NCBI GenBank assembly: GCA_963711565.1
Contig: CAVQEQ010000001.1
Span: 992,001-1,056,000, forward strand
Length of the DNA: 64,000 nt
Origin: an uncultured delta proteobacterium
Lineage (GTDB): Bacteria > Desulfobacterota > Binatia > Binatales > Binataceae
Direction of reading: 5' to 3'
Positions 1-9,681 of the stretch are shown here, piece by piece (within the stretch, counting starts at the first letter, position 1; the number at the start of each line of letters is the position of its first letter). Under the pieces are notes generated by a model, which saw only the letters and a program-made list of their open reading frames with translations, made no database searches and was not told the DNA's origin. A program made the translations under genes and the position numbers.

Positions 1-1393
1 GCATCCGTCGGTTGAGCTGGATCAAATCGGGCCGCGGATGCAGGAGCAGGTAGAGCCAAATCGGCACGAGCCGATGCCCGTCGAATATTTCGTACTGGTT
101 GGTGAGTTGCCCCGGCGGAGTCGGAACGCGCGCAAAGACCAGGTCGAGCGTGCCCTTCATGAGCTGCACGCGCTTGCCGTATTTGTTCGCGTAGTAAAAC
201 GCGCGTGCGACCGGCAGCACGTCCTGTTTGTAGCGCGGCGGGCGCTTCCAATCGCAAGTCATGCCGGGATTGGGACAGGTCGAGCGGTCGGCCAGGTAGA
301 CGTAGGCGATCGCGCCCTGGTACGCGAAGGCGGCCTGGTAATCCTGCTCGTCCTTGCTCGGATTCAGCACCAGTTTTCGCGGCCGGAATCCCGCGGCTTC
401 GACGACTGCGGTTGGCCCGTCGCTCTCGTTGGCTCCAAGCGCGTGGCGCGGATCCTTCAGCACCGGAGTGTGACCGTGATCGGCGATCACCACGACGGAT
501 GTCTGATCGAGAATGCCGTATTGGCGATACGCGTCGAGAATCTTGGCAACCAGCGGATCGGTGACATTCTCGAGGTAGGCAGTCTCCATCGGCAGAGGAT
601 CAGGCGCGAGATGCGTGTACAAGTCGATTCCCGGGAAATACACCACCTGGATGTTGGGAACTCCGTGCGCCTTCATCGAATCGAGCAGCTTCGGCACCGA
701 GTCCTCATCCATCTGCTGGTAGATGTCGCGCTTGCCCGACGAATGCTCGCCTTTGCCACTCACGAATTCCGTGAACAGCGAAACCATGTCGGTGGGATCG
801 ATGATCGTGAAGTAATCGGCGCCGCGATAAACCATGTTCATCGAGACCGCCGATCGCACTCCCGCCTGCTGAAACAGCGTCGGCACCTTGAGCTGCCTGC
901 CCACCAGGTTGTCGGTGATCATCGCGTGGTTGTCGTCCATCTCTTCGACCGAAACCGGCACCGGCGCGTAGAATTTCATTTCCTCGCGCACGAACCACTC
1001 GTTGCCCGTCACTCCGGTCTGCGCCGGCGGCGCGCCGGTAAAAATCGACGACCATGCAGCGACTGTCGTCAACGGCAGGATGCTGACCGCGTTGGGCACC
1101 GAGTAGGCGTGCTCGTACAATCCGCCGCCCTCGTCCTTGCCGAGCATCCCGGCCATCGCGGGCGCCTTGCCCGAGTTGATTGCGGCCATCAACTGATCGT
1201 CGCCGGCGCCGTCGAAGGCGAAGATCAGAACATACGGCCCCGGCTCGACCGGCCGCGGCTCGCGTTTAACTTGCTTCTCGCCACCATTGACCAGGAGTTT
1301 GACCGAGCTGCATGCGGCAAGCGTCACGATAGCGACACACGTCGAGACCAGCGCGCAGCGGATGAGGTTTGAGACAGGTCTATGGCGCGGCAT
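1..1393 (-). CDS. Alkaline phosphatase / nucleotide pyrophosphatase-phosphodiesterase family lipoprotein (runs off the window edge)
   Basis: Read manually on the minus strand, not in the ORF track: MPRHRPVSNLIRCALVSTCVAIVTLAAC (lipobox) ... YVLIFAFDGAG ... ILPLTTVAAWSSIFTGAPPAQTGVTGNEWF. Confidence 0.75.
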   Translation of the reverse strand, partial: MPRHRPVSNLIRCALVSTCVAIVTLAACSSVKLLVNGGEKQVKREPRPVEPGPYVLIFAFDGAGDDQLMAAINSGKAPAMAGMLGKDEGGGLYEHAYSVPNAVSILPLTTVAAWSSIFTGAPPAQTGVTGNEWFVREEMKFYAPVPVSVEEMDDNHAMITDNLVGRQLKVPTLFQQAGVRSAVSMNMVYRGADYFTIIDPTDMVSLFTEFVSGKGEHSSGKRDIYQQMDEDSVPKLLDSMKAHGVPNIQVVYFPGIDLYTHLAPDPLPMETAYLENVTDPLVAKILDAYRQYGILDQTSVVVIADHGHTPVLKDPRHALGANESDGPTAVVEAAGFRPRKLVLNPSKDEQDYQAAFAYQGAIAYVYLADRSTCPNPGMTCDWKRPPRYKQDVLPVARAFYYANKYGKRVQLMKGTLDLVFARVPTPPGQLTNQYEIFDGHRLVPIWLYLLLHPRPDLIQLNRRM

Positions 1394-1449
1394 CAATCTA
1401 CGATCCTATGCCGAAACGAATTTTGGGAAAACTTAGGCGCGCTTTCAGA

Positions 1450-2004
1450 TCAGCGCAGGGACTTTTCGTACTGGCGCGCGATGAAGCGGCGGTTCGATTC
1501 GGGGACGGTGGCGTCGTCGCGTGCGTCCAGCTCGATGTCCGCGACGCGCACGAATCCTGCCTGCTCGTAGTAACTGCAGAGCGTTTTGTTCCCCGAAAAA
1601 CAGTCGAGGCGGAGAAGCTTGCGGCCGGTCGATGCGGTGACGTATTCCGCAAACTTGAGCAGCTCGACGCCCAACCCGCGCGCCTCCCGACGCACCGCGA
1701 TACGGTGGAGATAGCCGGCCTCATCTTTAGTGCCCGGCCAGAACAGATCGTCGCGCCACATCAACGTGAACGTGCCAACCGCGCGGCGCTCGCGCCTTGC
1801 GATGTACACTTCGCCTCGCGCAATGCCACCGGCGACCAGCTCGCGCGGGAATCCGTCAACGCGCCACTGATTGATCCCGCGCGACGCGAGCCATCGCGCT
1901 GTCTGGTTCAGAATATCGAGCACGTCATCGAGGTCGGCGGGAGTCGCAAGACAAATTTCCACCGAGCCAATCGCGGTTGCGATCGGCTCGGCGGTAGAAC
2001 TCAT
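1450..2004 (-). CDS. GNAT family N-acetyltransferase
   Basis: YLHRIAVRREARGLGVELL acetyl-CoA motif; LRLDC...LCSYYEQAGF; start MSSTAEP assumed. Confidence 0.85.
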   Translation of the reverse strand: MSSTAEPIATAIGSVEICLATPADLDDVLDILNQTARWLASRGINQWRVDGFPRELVAGGIARGEVYIARRERRAVGTFTLMWRDDLFWPGTKDEAGYLHRIAVRREARGLGVELLKFAEYVTASTGRKLLRLDCFSGNKTLCSYYEQAGFVRVADIELDARDDATVPESNRRFIARQYEKSLR

Positions 2005-2023
2005 TTCAGGAGAATTGCGGAGG

Positions 2024-3241
2024 TCACGCCCAGCGTGAGCGGGGACGATTGCGCGTCGAGCGATTACGCGCACCCGACGAACGGAACACCGTCACCGGCT
2101 TGGGCGCGTGAATCTCGATTTTCTCGAAACCCTCGACGTGCTCGCGATCGAGCGAGTTGCCGAGCGTGCGCTCGAGCCGCGCCAGGTTCACGCGTTCCTC
2201 TTGCGTGACCAGGCTGATCGCTTCGCCCGCCTTGCCCATCCGGGCCGTGCGGCCAATACGATGGATATAGCCTTCGGTCTCGTCGGGCAGATCGAAGTTG
2301 ATCACGTGGGAAACGTCGGGGATGTCGAGTCCGCGGGAGGCCACGTCGGTCGCGACCATCACGCGATACTTCTTCGCGCGAAATCCCGCCAACGCCGCGT
2401 TGCGCTGGCTCTGCGAGCGATCACCGTGAATCTGCACCGCCTTGATATTGGCGCGGATCAGCAGCTTGGCGACGCGGTCCGCGCGGCTCTTGGTCCGCGT
2501 GAACACGATCGCGCTCTCGACTTCGGGACGCTTGAGTATCTCGAGCAGCACCGGCCCCTTGTTCTCGAGCGTGACCGGATAGATCGACTGGCGAATCTGC
2601 GACGGCGGCGCGGCCTTGGTCCCGCCGACCGTGACACGCTCGGGCGTCGTCAGAAATTCGCGCGCAATCATCTCGGGACCCGACGCCATCGTCGCCGAGA
2701 ACATCATGGTCTGCCGCTGCTTCGGTACCATCCGCATGATGCGGCGCAACTGCGGCAGGAAGCCCATGTCGAGTAGCCGGTCGGCTTCGTCGATGATCAC
2801 GACTTCAACTTTGTCGAGCTTGACGATGCCGCGCTCGATAAAATCGATGAGTCGTCCGGGACACGCGACGAGCACTTGCGCGCCCTTGCGAATCGCGTCG
2901 ATCTGATGACGCTCCGACTCGCCGCCGACGACTGTGGCGCAGCGGATGTGCGTGTGGCGTGCGATCAGATCGAACTCGCGCGCAGCCTGTGCGGCCAGCT
3001 CGCGCGTCGGCATGATCACAATCGCGGCGACGTGCCGCGTGTTCTTGCGATGCAGCCGGTCGATGGTCGGGATCAGAAAGGCCGCGGTCTTGCCGCTGCC
3101 GGTTTCAGCCGTGGCAACCACGTCGCGCCCGCTGAGCGCAACCGGGATAGCTCCGGCCTGGACCGGGGTCGGTGTGTGATGACCGCGGTCTTTGATTGAA
3201 CGATGGATCTCTGGCGATACGGGAAATTCAGAAAACGACAA
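2024..3241 (-). CDS. DEAD-box RNA helicase (RhlE-like)
   Basis: Q-motif PTPVQ, ETGSGKT, PTRELA, DEAD, SAT, HRIGRTAR. Confidence 0.95.
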   Translation of the reverse strand: MSFSEFPVSPEIHRSIKDRGHHTPTPVQAGAIPVALSGRDVVATAETGSGKTAAFLIPTIDRLHRKNTRHVAAIVIMPTRELAAQAAREFDLIARHTHIRCATVVGGESERHQIDAIRKGAQVLVACPGRLIDFIERGIVKLDKVEVVIIDEADRLLDMGFLPQLRRIMRMVPKQRQTMMFSATMASGPEMIAREFLTTPERVTVGGTKAAPPSQIRQSIYPVTLENKGPVLLEILKRPEVESAIVFTRTKSRADRVAKLLIRANIKAVQIHGDRSQSQRNAALAGFRAKKYRVMVATDVASRGLDIPDVSHVINFDLPDETEGYIHRIGRTARMGKAGEAISLVTQEERVNLARLERTLGNSLDREHVEGFEKIEIHAPKPVTVFRSSGARNRSTRNRPRSRWA

Positions 3242-3424
3242 ACAGTATCCTATGGTTCAGAGCCCCGGATTCCAGTTCAGAAGAGTATGCCGAACTTGTG
3301 GGTCTGATGGGTTGAGAGGGTGGCGTCACGGAATCCGACGCGCGCATAAAGTCACGATTGACTTGGCAAGAGGTTACAGGAACCGGCGAAGCGGCACAAT
3401 GGCCCCCCGCCGCCCGGCAGTGTC

Positions 3425-3832
3425 CTAATTTGGCGAGAGGGGGCGTCGCCAGCGGACTTGGCTGCGGCCCGGCGTAAAATATAGGAGGCAGCACGGTTCC
3501 TTGACCATTACGCGGTGCCATACTCCGCATGGCACAACAAAGGCTTGGCCAGGTTGCAGCGAGATACAGCGTTCGCCAATGTCCTCATCGAGAACTAGAT
3601 CGACTGCGCCCTCGACGAGATATAGGAGTTCGTCGCCGTCGGGGTGCATCTCTCCTGCATGAGGCGGGTTCTTGGTCATTCGGGCCTCTCCTGCGAGGCG
3701 GCCCTCGACACCGGGATGAGCGCGACCTCGTTGAGCGACCGGTTCGATCGATCCAGTGGGTGTGAAACGAACAGGACTCTTCGACAGGTTAATCGGATCT
3801 TTGAGTGGCTTCGCGATCGTCTTGGCTTTCAT
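3425..3832 (-). CDS. Cupin domain protein
   Basis: EMHPDGDELLYLVEG ... PGQAFVVPCGVWH cupin motifs. Confidence 0.85.
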   Translation of the reverse strand: MKAKTIAKPLKDPINLSKSPVRFTPTGSIEPVAQRGRAHPGVEGRLAGEARMTKNPPHAGEMHPDGDELLYLVEGAVDLVLDEDIGERCISLQPGQAFVVPCGVWHRVMVKEPCCLLYFTPGRSQVRWRRPLSPN

Positions 3833-3964
3833 GCCGCTTTCTCCTGCGCCACAGATCCTGGCAAATCCTCGACCGACCATAGCCGATCCGTCACGCCAGC
3901 GGCCATAGATTAGAACACCACCCGGCGCCCGATTGCTGAGGTCCTCGGCGAATCGAAGGTGCGC

Positions 3965-4249
3965 TTAGTACGCGTCGTAATTGTCGGCGTGCAGGCGCGG
4001 ATCGTCAGCGGCGACGCACTTCCCCGCCAACGTGCGCCTTTGGATCAGAGAGTAGGTAATATTGCCCGCGACGAGCGTGGTCAGCTTGGCAAGTTCGTTG
4101 GTGCACGCGTCGGCCGTATCATAGCTGCCAATCGTCTCCCACCGCGAAAGTGGCGCATTCTTCTCGATCGACTGTTGACTCTGAGAAACCGGCGGCATTA
4201 TCAGGCACCAGGCGACGAGCATGGGCGCGGCTGCGTGGCGTAGGTTCAT
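3965..4249 (-). CDS. Small secreted two-Cys protein (paralog of 49112-49444)
   Basis: HAAAPMLVAWCLIMPP signal-like N-terminus; WETIGSYDTADAC ... CVAADDPRL. Confidence 0.7.
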   Translation of the reverse strand: MNLRHAAAPMLVAWCLIMPPVSQSQQSIEKNAPLSRWETIGSYDTADACTNELAKLTTLVAGNITYSLIQRRTLAGKCVAADDPRLHADNYDAY

Positions 4250-4266
4250 GTCCAAGGCGGTGAACT

Positions 4267-5445
4267 TCAGGACTGCGGGATTGGTTTCGGCGTCGATTCC
4301 ACGGCCGCGGCTTTAGCGGCGATCGCGGCGGCCTTTGCTTCAGCTTTTTCGCTGGCTGCCTTCTGCCGCAACTGCTGGAGCATCGCGCGCAGCTTGCCGG
4401 GATTCACCGGCTTCTTGAACAGCGCACCTTCGAGACCGCGCAGGCGCGAACGCTTCAGAATGTGATCCTTGTCGTAGTAGTAGGCGGTCATGAGGATCAC
4501 CGGCAAATGCGGCATGTCTTCCTTGACCTTGAGATAGAAGTCGTAGCCGTCCATCTCGGGCATCACAACGTCCGAGATCACCGCGTCGAGCTTAACGTTG
4601 CGCAGGATTCCAAACGCGGCGGACGGACGCGTCGCGCAGTGCACGATACATTTTTCGGCGCGCAGCAGGTCGGCCATCGAATTGACGACCGCTGTATCGT
4701 CGTCGAGCACCAGCACGGCCATCCCGTCGAGCGGAGATAGTTCGCTACGCGGCGCATCATGCGGCCGCGTATGGACCTTGGCATCCTCGCGCGGCGCCAA
4801 GTCGGCCATCCGCTTGCCGGCGAGATAGTCGCGCGTCTCGTACTCGCCCTTGCGCGTCATCTCGTCGAGGCGGCGGACTATCGCCTGCACGCGCTCGATC
4901 GAGTTGCGAATCGAGTCGAGGCGCTCGTTCTCGACGACCTTTTCAGCGTCGCTCAGATGCGTCTCAAGGCTTTGCGAGAGCAGCTCGAGGTTGTTGGTGA
5001 TCGATTCGAGCGGGTTATTGATTTCGTGCGCGAGGCTGACTGCTATTTCGCCCGCGGTCGCAAGCTGCTGATTATGCCGCATGCGGCGGATGTCGCGCGC
5101 GAAGCCGATCGATCCGATTTCGCTGCCGTCGTCGTCATGGATCAGCGAGCCGGTGATCATCACCGGGATGATTTCGCCGTCCTTGTTGCGGAACTCGGTC
5201 TCGAAGCTGGCGATTTGCCCCTTGTCGGCCGACGCGCGCATCGCCTTCATCACGCGCCGTGCCTCGTCGAGCGACGGATAGATGCGGGTGCATCCTTCGC
5301 CGATGATTTCCTCGGAGCTGTAGCCGAGGCTCGTGCGCGCGCCGTCGTTGTAATAGTTCACGGTGCCGCTTTTATCGACGGCAATTATGATGTCCGGCGA
5401 GCTCTCGATGAGACGCTGGAAATATTTTTTATCGAGCGAAAGCAT
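4267..5445 (-). CDS. PAS-HisKA-receiver hybrid protein lacking an ATPase domain
   Basis: PAS (LIESSPDIIIAVD...RNKDG...GFARDI), H-box LAHEINNPL, receiver VLVLDDD / DVVMPEMDG / KKP. Confidence 0.85.
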   Translation of the reverse strand: MLSLDKKYFQRLIESSPDIIIAVDKSGTVNYYNDGARTSLGYSSEEIIGEGCTRIYPSLDEARRVMKAMRASADKGQIASFETEFRNKDGEIIPVMITGSLIHDDDGSEIGSIGFARDIRRMRHNQQLATAGEIAVSLAHEINNPLESITNNLELLSQSLETHLSDAEKVVENERLDSIRNSIERVQAIVRRLDEMTRKGEYETRDYLAGKRMADLAPREDAKVHTRPHDAPRSELSPLDGMAVLVLDDDTAVVNSMADLLRAEKCIVHCATRPSAAFGILRNVKLDAVISDVVMPEMDGYDFYLKVKEDMPHLPVILMTAYYYDKDHILKRSRLRGLEGALFKKPVNPGKLRAMLQQLRQKAASEKAEAKAAAIAAKAAAVESTPKPIPQS

Positions 5446-5480
5446 TGTTGATTATTTAATCCTGATTCAGTCGCGACGGA

Positions 5481-5897
5481 TTATTTCGCGGCGCGCAGCC
5501 GGAATTTCGGTATCGAGACTTCATCGCTGAGTTTTTCGAACGTAACCTCTACCGGCATCCCGCACTTGATGTCGTGCGGCTTGACCCCGAGCAGGTTCGA
5601 GATAAATTTGCATCCCTCTTCGAGCTCGACCATCACGACCGCGTACGGAACCTCTTTGGCGAACCCAGGATGGTAGAGCTGATGCATAATATTAAAGCTA
5701 AACACTTCGCCGCGACCGCTCACCGGAACCCATCGCGAGGCCGTCGAGTTACACTTCGAGCATAGGTCGTGAGCGGGGAACCGGAGCGTCCCGCAACTAC
5801 CGCACTTCTGGACCATCAGGCGGCCGGCGCGCGCACCGTCGAAGAACTCGCGCAGGTCGGGCGTGATGGCTGGGATTGGTTTGCTGATTTCGGGCAT
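5481..5897 (-). CDS. Zn-ribbon/OB-fold DUF35 protein (thiolase partner)
   Basis: CGSC...CSKC, SGRGEVFSF, PYAVVMVELEEG; adjacent to a thiolase. Confidence 0.9.
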   Translation of the reverse strand: MPEISKPIPAITPDLREFFDGARAGRLMVQKCGSCGTLRFPAHDLCSKCNSTASRWVPVSGRGEVFSFNIMHQLYHPGFAKEVPYAVVMVELEEGCKFISNLLGVKPHDIKCGMPVEVTFEKLSDEVSIPKFRLRAAK

Positions 5898-5999
5898 CGC
5901 AGTTTGGCTTATATATCAGTTAGACGAACGGGCGATTAAAATGATTGAAACGACACCATATCACGGCACAGGCCGTGACAGCGCCACTCGCGGCTAATG

Positions 6000-7169
6000 T
6001 TAAGGTTGTGACCCCAGCACGAGGGTCGAATGCGTAGCTAGGATACCGCCGTTGCCGGAAACGAGTCCAACGTCGTGTTTTGGCACCTGCCGCCGTCCGC
6101 CATCACCCCGCATTTGCACGATTGCCTCCGCCACAGGGGTCATCCCCCACATATAAAACGAACTCAACTGGCCGCCTCCCGTGTTGACCGGGAGCGCGCC
6201 GCCGGGAGCGATTGCGCCGCTGGCCACGAACGGCCCGCCCTCGCCCTTTTTGCAGAAACCGTAATCTTCGAGCGTCACCAGTACGGTGAACGTATAGCAG
6301 TCGTACAGCTCGCAGAAATTGACGTCGCCAAGCGTGATCCCCGCCATCTTGAAGGCGGTGTCCTTGGCGATCGGCGCACCGGAGACCAGCGTCTCGAGCG
6401 GGTCGCCGCCGGGATGACCTTGTCCCATCCCCAAAATATAGACCGGTGGGCGCTTCAACGTCTTCGCGCGCTCGGCGGAGGTCACGATAACCGCCAGACC
6501 GCCGTTGGAAACCAGGCAGCAATCATAGAGATGGAACGGCTCAACCACCCATCGCGAGGCATGGTAGTCGGCGAGCGTCATCGGCGCGTCGTGGAACTGG
6601 GCGACAGGATTCAGGTTCGCCCAATCGCGCTCTGACACGGCGACGGCACCGAGATGATCGCTGGTGGTGCCGTATTTGTACATGTGGCGCTGGGCGACGA
6701 ACGCATACTGGGCGTTGACGCCGTACTGGCCGTAGTGCGCGTTCAGACCCTGGGCGAAACCGTACGACGCCGCCGAGCCCGCATCCTTGCCCTTGCTCGG
6801 CGAGGGCGGACGCAACGGAGCGTCGGCGAATACGCATGCGACGACCTCGGCCATGCCGGCGTCGATAGCCTGTGCGGCGTGCATGATCATCGCGGCCGCC
6901 GTCGCGCCGCCGAGGTTCATCGTCGCGGTCAGGCGCAGGTCGCGGATACCCATCGCGTTCTGCAGCGTCGTCGACGCCATCGGATTGTTGAACCACGTGA
7001 TCCCGGGATTCACGAGCAGGCCGTCGAGATCGGAGCGCTGGAGTCCGGCATCCTCGAGCGCGAGATTGACGGCCTCGGCCGCGAAGCCGACCGGTCCGGG
7101 ATGATCGAAGTTTTTACCCATCCGGGTCTGGCCGAGCCCGGCGATAGCGCATTTAGCTCTTAAAGACAT
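6000..7169 (-). CDS. Thiolase family protein (SCP-x / Ltp2-like)
   Basis: HLYDCCLVSNGG, ELYDCYT, VNTGGGQLS; DUF35 partner downstream. Confidence 0.9.
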   Translation of the reverse strand: MSLRAKCAIAGLGQTRMGKNFDHPGPVGFAAEAVNLALEDAGLQRSDLDGLLVNPGITWFNNPMASTTLQNAMGIRDLRLTATMNLGGATAAAMIMHAAQAIDAGMAEVVACVFADAPLRPPSPSKGKDAGSAASYGFAQGLNAHYGQYGVNAQYAFVAQRHMYKYGTTSDHLGAVAVSERDWANLNPVAQFHDAPMTLADYHASRWVVEPFHLYDCCLVSNGGLAVIVTSAERAKTLKRPPVYILGMGQGHPGGDPLETLVSGAPIAKDTAFKMAGITLGDVNFCELYDCYTFTVLVTLEDYGFCKKGEGGPFVASGAIAPGGALPVNTGGGQLSSFYMWGMTPVAEAIVQMRGDGGRRQVPKHDVGLVSGNGGILATHSTLVLGSQP

Positions 7170-7249
7170 AGCGCCTACTCTCTTACGCTTTTTCGCGAAG
7201 AGCATCCAGCGGGGCTAGGGGGGAAGGGCAAATCACTTAATCAAATGCG

Positions 7250-7410
7250 GAACCCACCGTGGGTTCCGCACCTCCTTGGGCAGGGGTGACCCCTGCACCC
7301 AGTGTTTTTGTGTCATTCAGAGCGAAGCGAAGAATCCCGGCTCTTTACCTCTCCCCTCGTCGGGAGAGGTCGTCCACCGACATTTATGTCGGCGGACGGG
7401 TGAGGGCGCC
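7250..7410. repeat. Cluster of three REP-like palindromes
   Basis: gaacccaccgtgggttc + gcaggggtgacccctgc (also at 47161-47212); tgtcattcagagcgaagcgaagaatccc; ctctcccctcgtcgggagagg...gggtgaggg. Confidence 0.7.
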
Positions 7411-7600
7411 AGCATCGAGCCGAATGCGCATGGGCATTCTCCCTCGGCGAACACTGTATCTTTATTAACCGGGGCAACGTCCTAATAGTTACGGTATAAC
7501 TACCGAAGGGCTTGGTTTACCCATGTGCGGTTCGTATTCTAATTGGTCGGTTGCCAAGGCTCGCAGCTTGAATCTACAATCAGTGCCGGGAGATTGACGA

Positions 7601-8911
7601 ATGGCCGATCCGCTTAGCTTCGAGGCGCTGGCGAGCAGCGAACATGTGCTCTCCAGCGCGGAAAACTTCGTACTCTATGTCCTTCTCGAGGCTGTCGCCC
7701 GCAGCTCCGGTGGCCCCGGCGGCGGTAGCCGGCTGCCGCTCAACCTGGGCGTGGTTATCGATCGCTCGGGCTCGATGTACGACGAGCGCCGCCTCGAATT
7801 CGTCATCGAAGCGGTCAAGTTCCTCGCCGACAACCTGACGGCGGACGACAAGGTCTCGATCGTCGCGTTTGCCGACAAGGCCAAAGTGTTGATCACGCCC
7901 GAGGCCGCCCGCGACAAGGGCGCGGTCAAACGGGCGATTGACGATATCGACCTGCTCGAAATTGGCGGCGGCACGCAGATGGCGCTTGGGATGAAGGCGG
8001 CGATCGACGAGGTCAAGAAAAATCTTAATCCCGATCGGCTCAATCGGGTGCTCGTGCTCACCGACGGCCAGACCTACGAAGAGACCGCGTGCCTCGATCT
8101 GGTCGAGAAAAATCGCGGCGAAATTTCGTTCTCGACGATGGGCGTCGGCGTCGAGTTCAACGAGAAACTCCTGCAGCGCCTCGCGCAGGACTCCAACGGC
8201 AAATATCATTTCATCGGTGACCCCGCCGAGATTCCGAGTATCTTCGAAGACGAGCTCGAGGGACTGCGCTCGGTCAGCCTGCGCAACGGTCGAATCGAGG
8301 TGACGCTGTCGCAAGGCGTGCAGGTGCGCGAGGCATTTCGCGCGTCGCCCGAAATTTATGTGCTCGGCACGCCGCTGGTCGGCGAGGATCGCAAAATCGG
8401 CTACGAGATTGGCGACCTCCAGGCCGGCGTACCCGGCTCGGTGCTGCTGACGCTGGTGCTGCCGCCGCGCAATCCGGGACGGGTCAGAATTCTGCAAAGC
8501 ACGTTTCACTACGAAGTCCCGGGCGGCGCCGAGAACACCGTGTCATGCGACTTGACCTGCGACTACACGCTCGATCGCACGCTGACCAGCAGGCGCAATG
8601 GCCGCGTGATGAACTTGGTCAACCAGGTCTCGATCGCCAAGCTGCAGGCGAAGGCGGAAGAGGAGTTGAAGGCTGGCAACATCGATCGCGCGACCCGGCT
8701 GCTCGGCAACGCGCTGCAAGGCACGCAGCGGATGGGCAACGTCAAGGCGACGCAGGCGCTGTCGGGACTGATTGATCAGATCAAGAAGACGCAGACGCTG
8801 CAGACCAAGGCGGCCAAGACCACGCTGCTGCAGGCGCAGGCGGTGGTGCGCAAGACCCAGATGCTCGATCCGGAAGCGTTGAAAGAATTCCAGAACAAAA
8901 ACGGAAAATGA
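7601..8911 (+). CDS. von Willebrand factor A domain protein with helical C-terminal tail
   Basis: MIDAS DRSGSM, GGTQM, VLVLTDG. Confidence 0.9.
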   Translation: MADPLSFEALASSEHVLSSAENFVLYVLLEAVARSSGGPGGGSRLPLNLGVVIDRSGSMYDERRLEFVIEAVKFLADNLTADDKVSIVAFADKAKVLITPEAARDKGAVKRAIDDIDLLEIGGGTQMALGMKAAIDEVKKNLNPDRLNRVLVLTDGQTYEETACLDLVEKNRGEISFSTMGVGVEFNEKLLQRLAQDSNGKYHFIGDPAEIPSIFEDELEGLRSVSLRNGRIEVTLSQGVQVREAFRASPEIYVLGTPLVGEDRKIGYEIGDLQAGVPGSVLLTLVLPPRNPGRVRILQSTFHYEVPGGAENTVSCDLTCDYTLDRTLTSRRNGRVMNLVNQVSIAKLQAKAEEELKAGNIDRATRLLGNALQGTQRMGNVKATQALSGLIDQIKKTQTLQTKAAKTTLLQAQAVVRKTQMLDPEALKEFQNKNGK

Positions 8912-8969
8912 TTTATTTGGTGAACGGCACGGGACCGACACTTCGAACTCACTTGCGAGGACTTAGACC

Positions 8970-9608
8970 ATGATCAAATGCGGCGAATGCGGCTACGAAA
9001 ACATGGACGGACTTGACTACTGCGACGGATGCGGCGCGAAGCTCGCGGCCGCCGCCGGTAGTTCCGCCGCGGCTCCGGCTGCTGCGGCTCCTGAACCAGC
9101 GCCCGCCGCTGCTCCTGCTGAAAGTACCGACGGAGCGCCGGCGGCCGAGACTGCGAGCGCCGAGGCGCCCGCCGCTGAAACGCCGAAGTCGGAAGCGCCG
9201 ACCGGCGAGATCAAGCCCGAGGCCGCACCCGAAAGCGCGCCCGCGACCACTGCCGCGGCCGGCGCGCCGTTCAAGGCGAAGCTCTCCGTCGTTCGCGGCG
9301 GTCGCAAAGGCCAGGAGTTCCCGCTCGAAGACGGGAACAACCTGATCGGCCGATGGGACCCCGAGACCGGATCGTTTCCGGAAGTGGATCTCGACGCCGA
9401 CGATCCCGAAGCGAAGATCTCGCGCAAGCATGCGTTGATCCGAATCGACGGCGGCAAGATCACGATCGAGGATATCGGCAGTCTCAACGGCACTTATGTG
9501 AATCGTCAGCCGCGCCTCTCGCCGGGCAGTCCCGCCGAGATCAAGTCGGGCGACGAAGTGATCATCGGGAAAACATTTTTAAAGCTGGTGGTAGAACCGA
9601 TCTCTTGA
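8970..9608 (+). CDS. Zn-ribbon + Ala/Pro linker + FHA domain protein
   Basis: CGECG..CDGCG; FHA motifs IGR, ISRKHA, DIGSLNGTYVN. Confidence 0.9.
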   Translation: MIKCGECGYENMDGLDYCDGCGAKLAAAAGSSAAAPAAAAPEPAPAAAPAESTDGAPAAETASAEAPAAETPKSEAPTGEIKPEAAPESAPATTAAAGAPFKAKLSVVRGGRKGQEFPLEDGNNLIGRWDPETGSFPEVDLDADDPEAKISRKHALIRIDGGKITIEDIGSLNGTYVNRQPRLSPGSPAEIKSGDEVIIGKTFLKLVVEPIS

Positions 9609-9681
9609 GCCGCCATTCCCTCCAATCGCGCCCGGAATTACGCACGGGCGCGGAAGTTGAGGAGGGCTATAGACAATCGCC

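Noticed and set aside
38-1372. 444-aa plus-strand ORF
   Set aside because: Antisense shadow of the minus-strand phosphodiesterase-family gene
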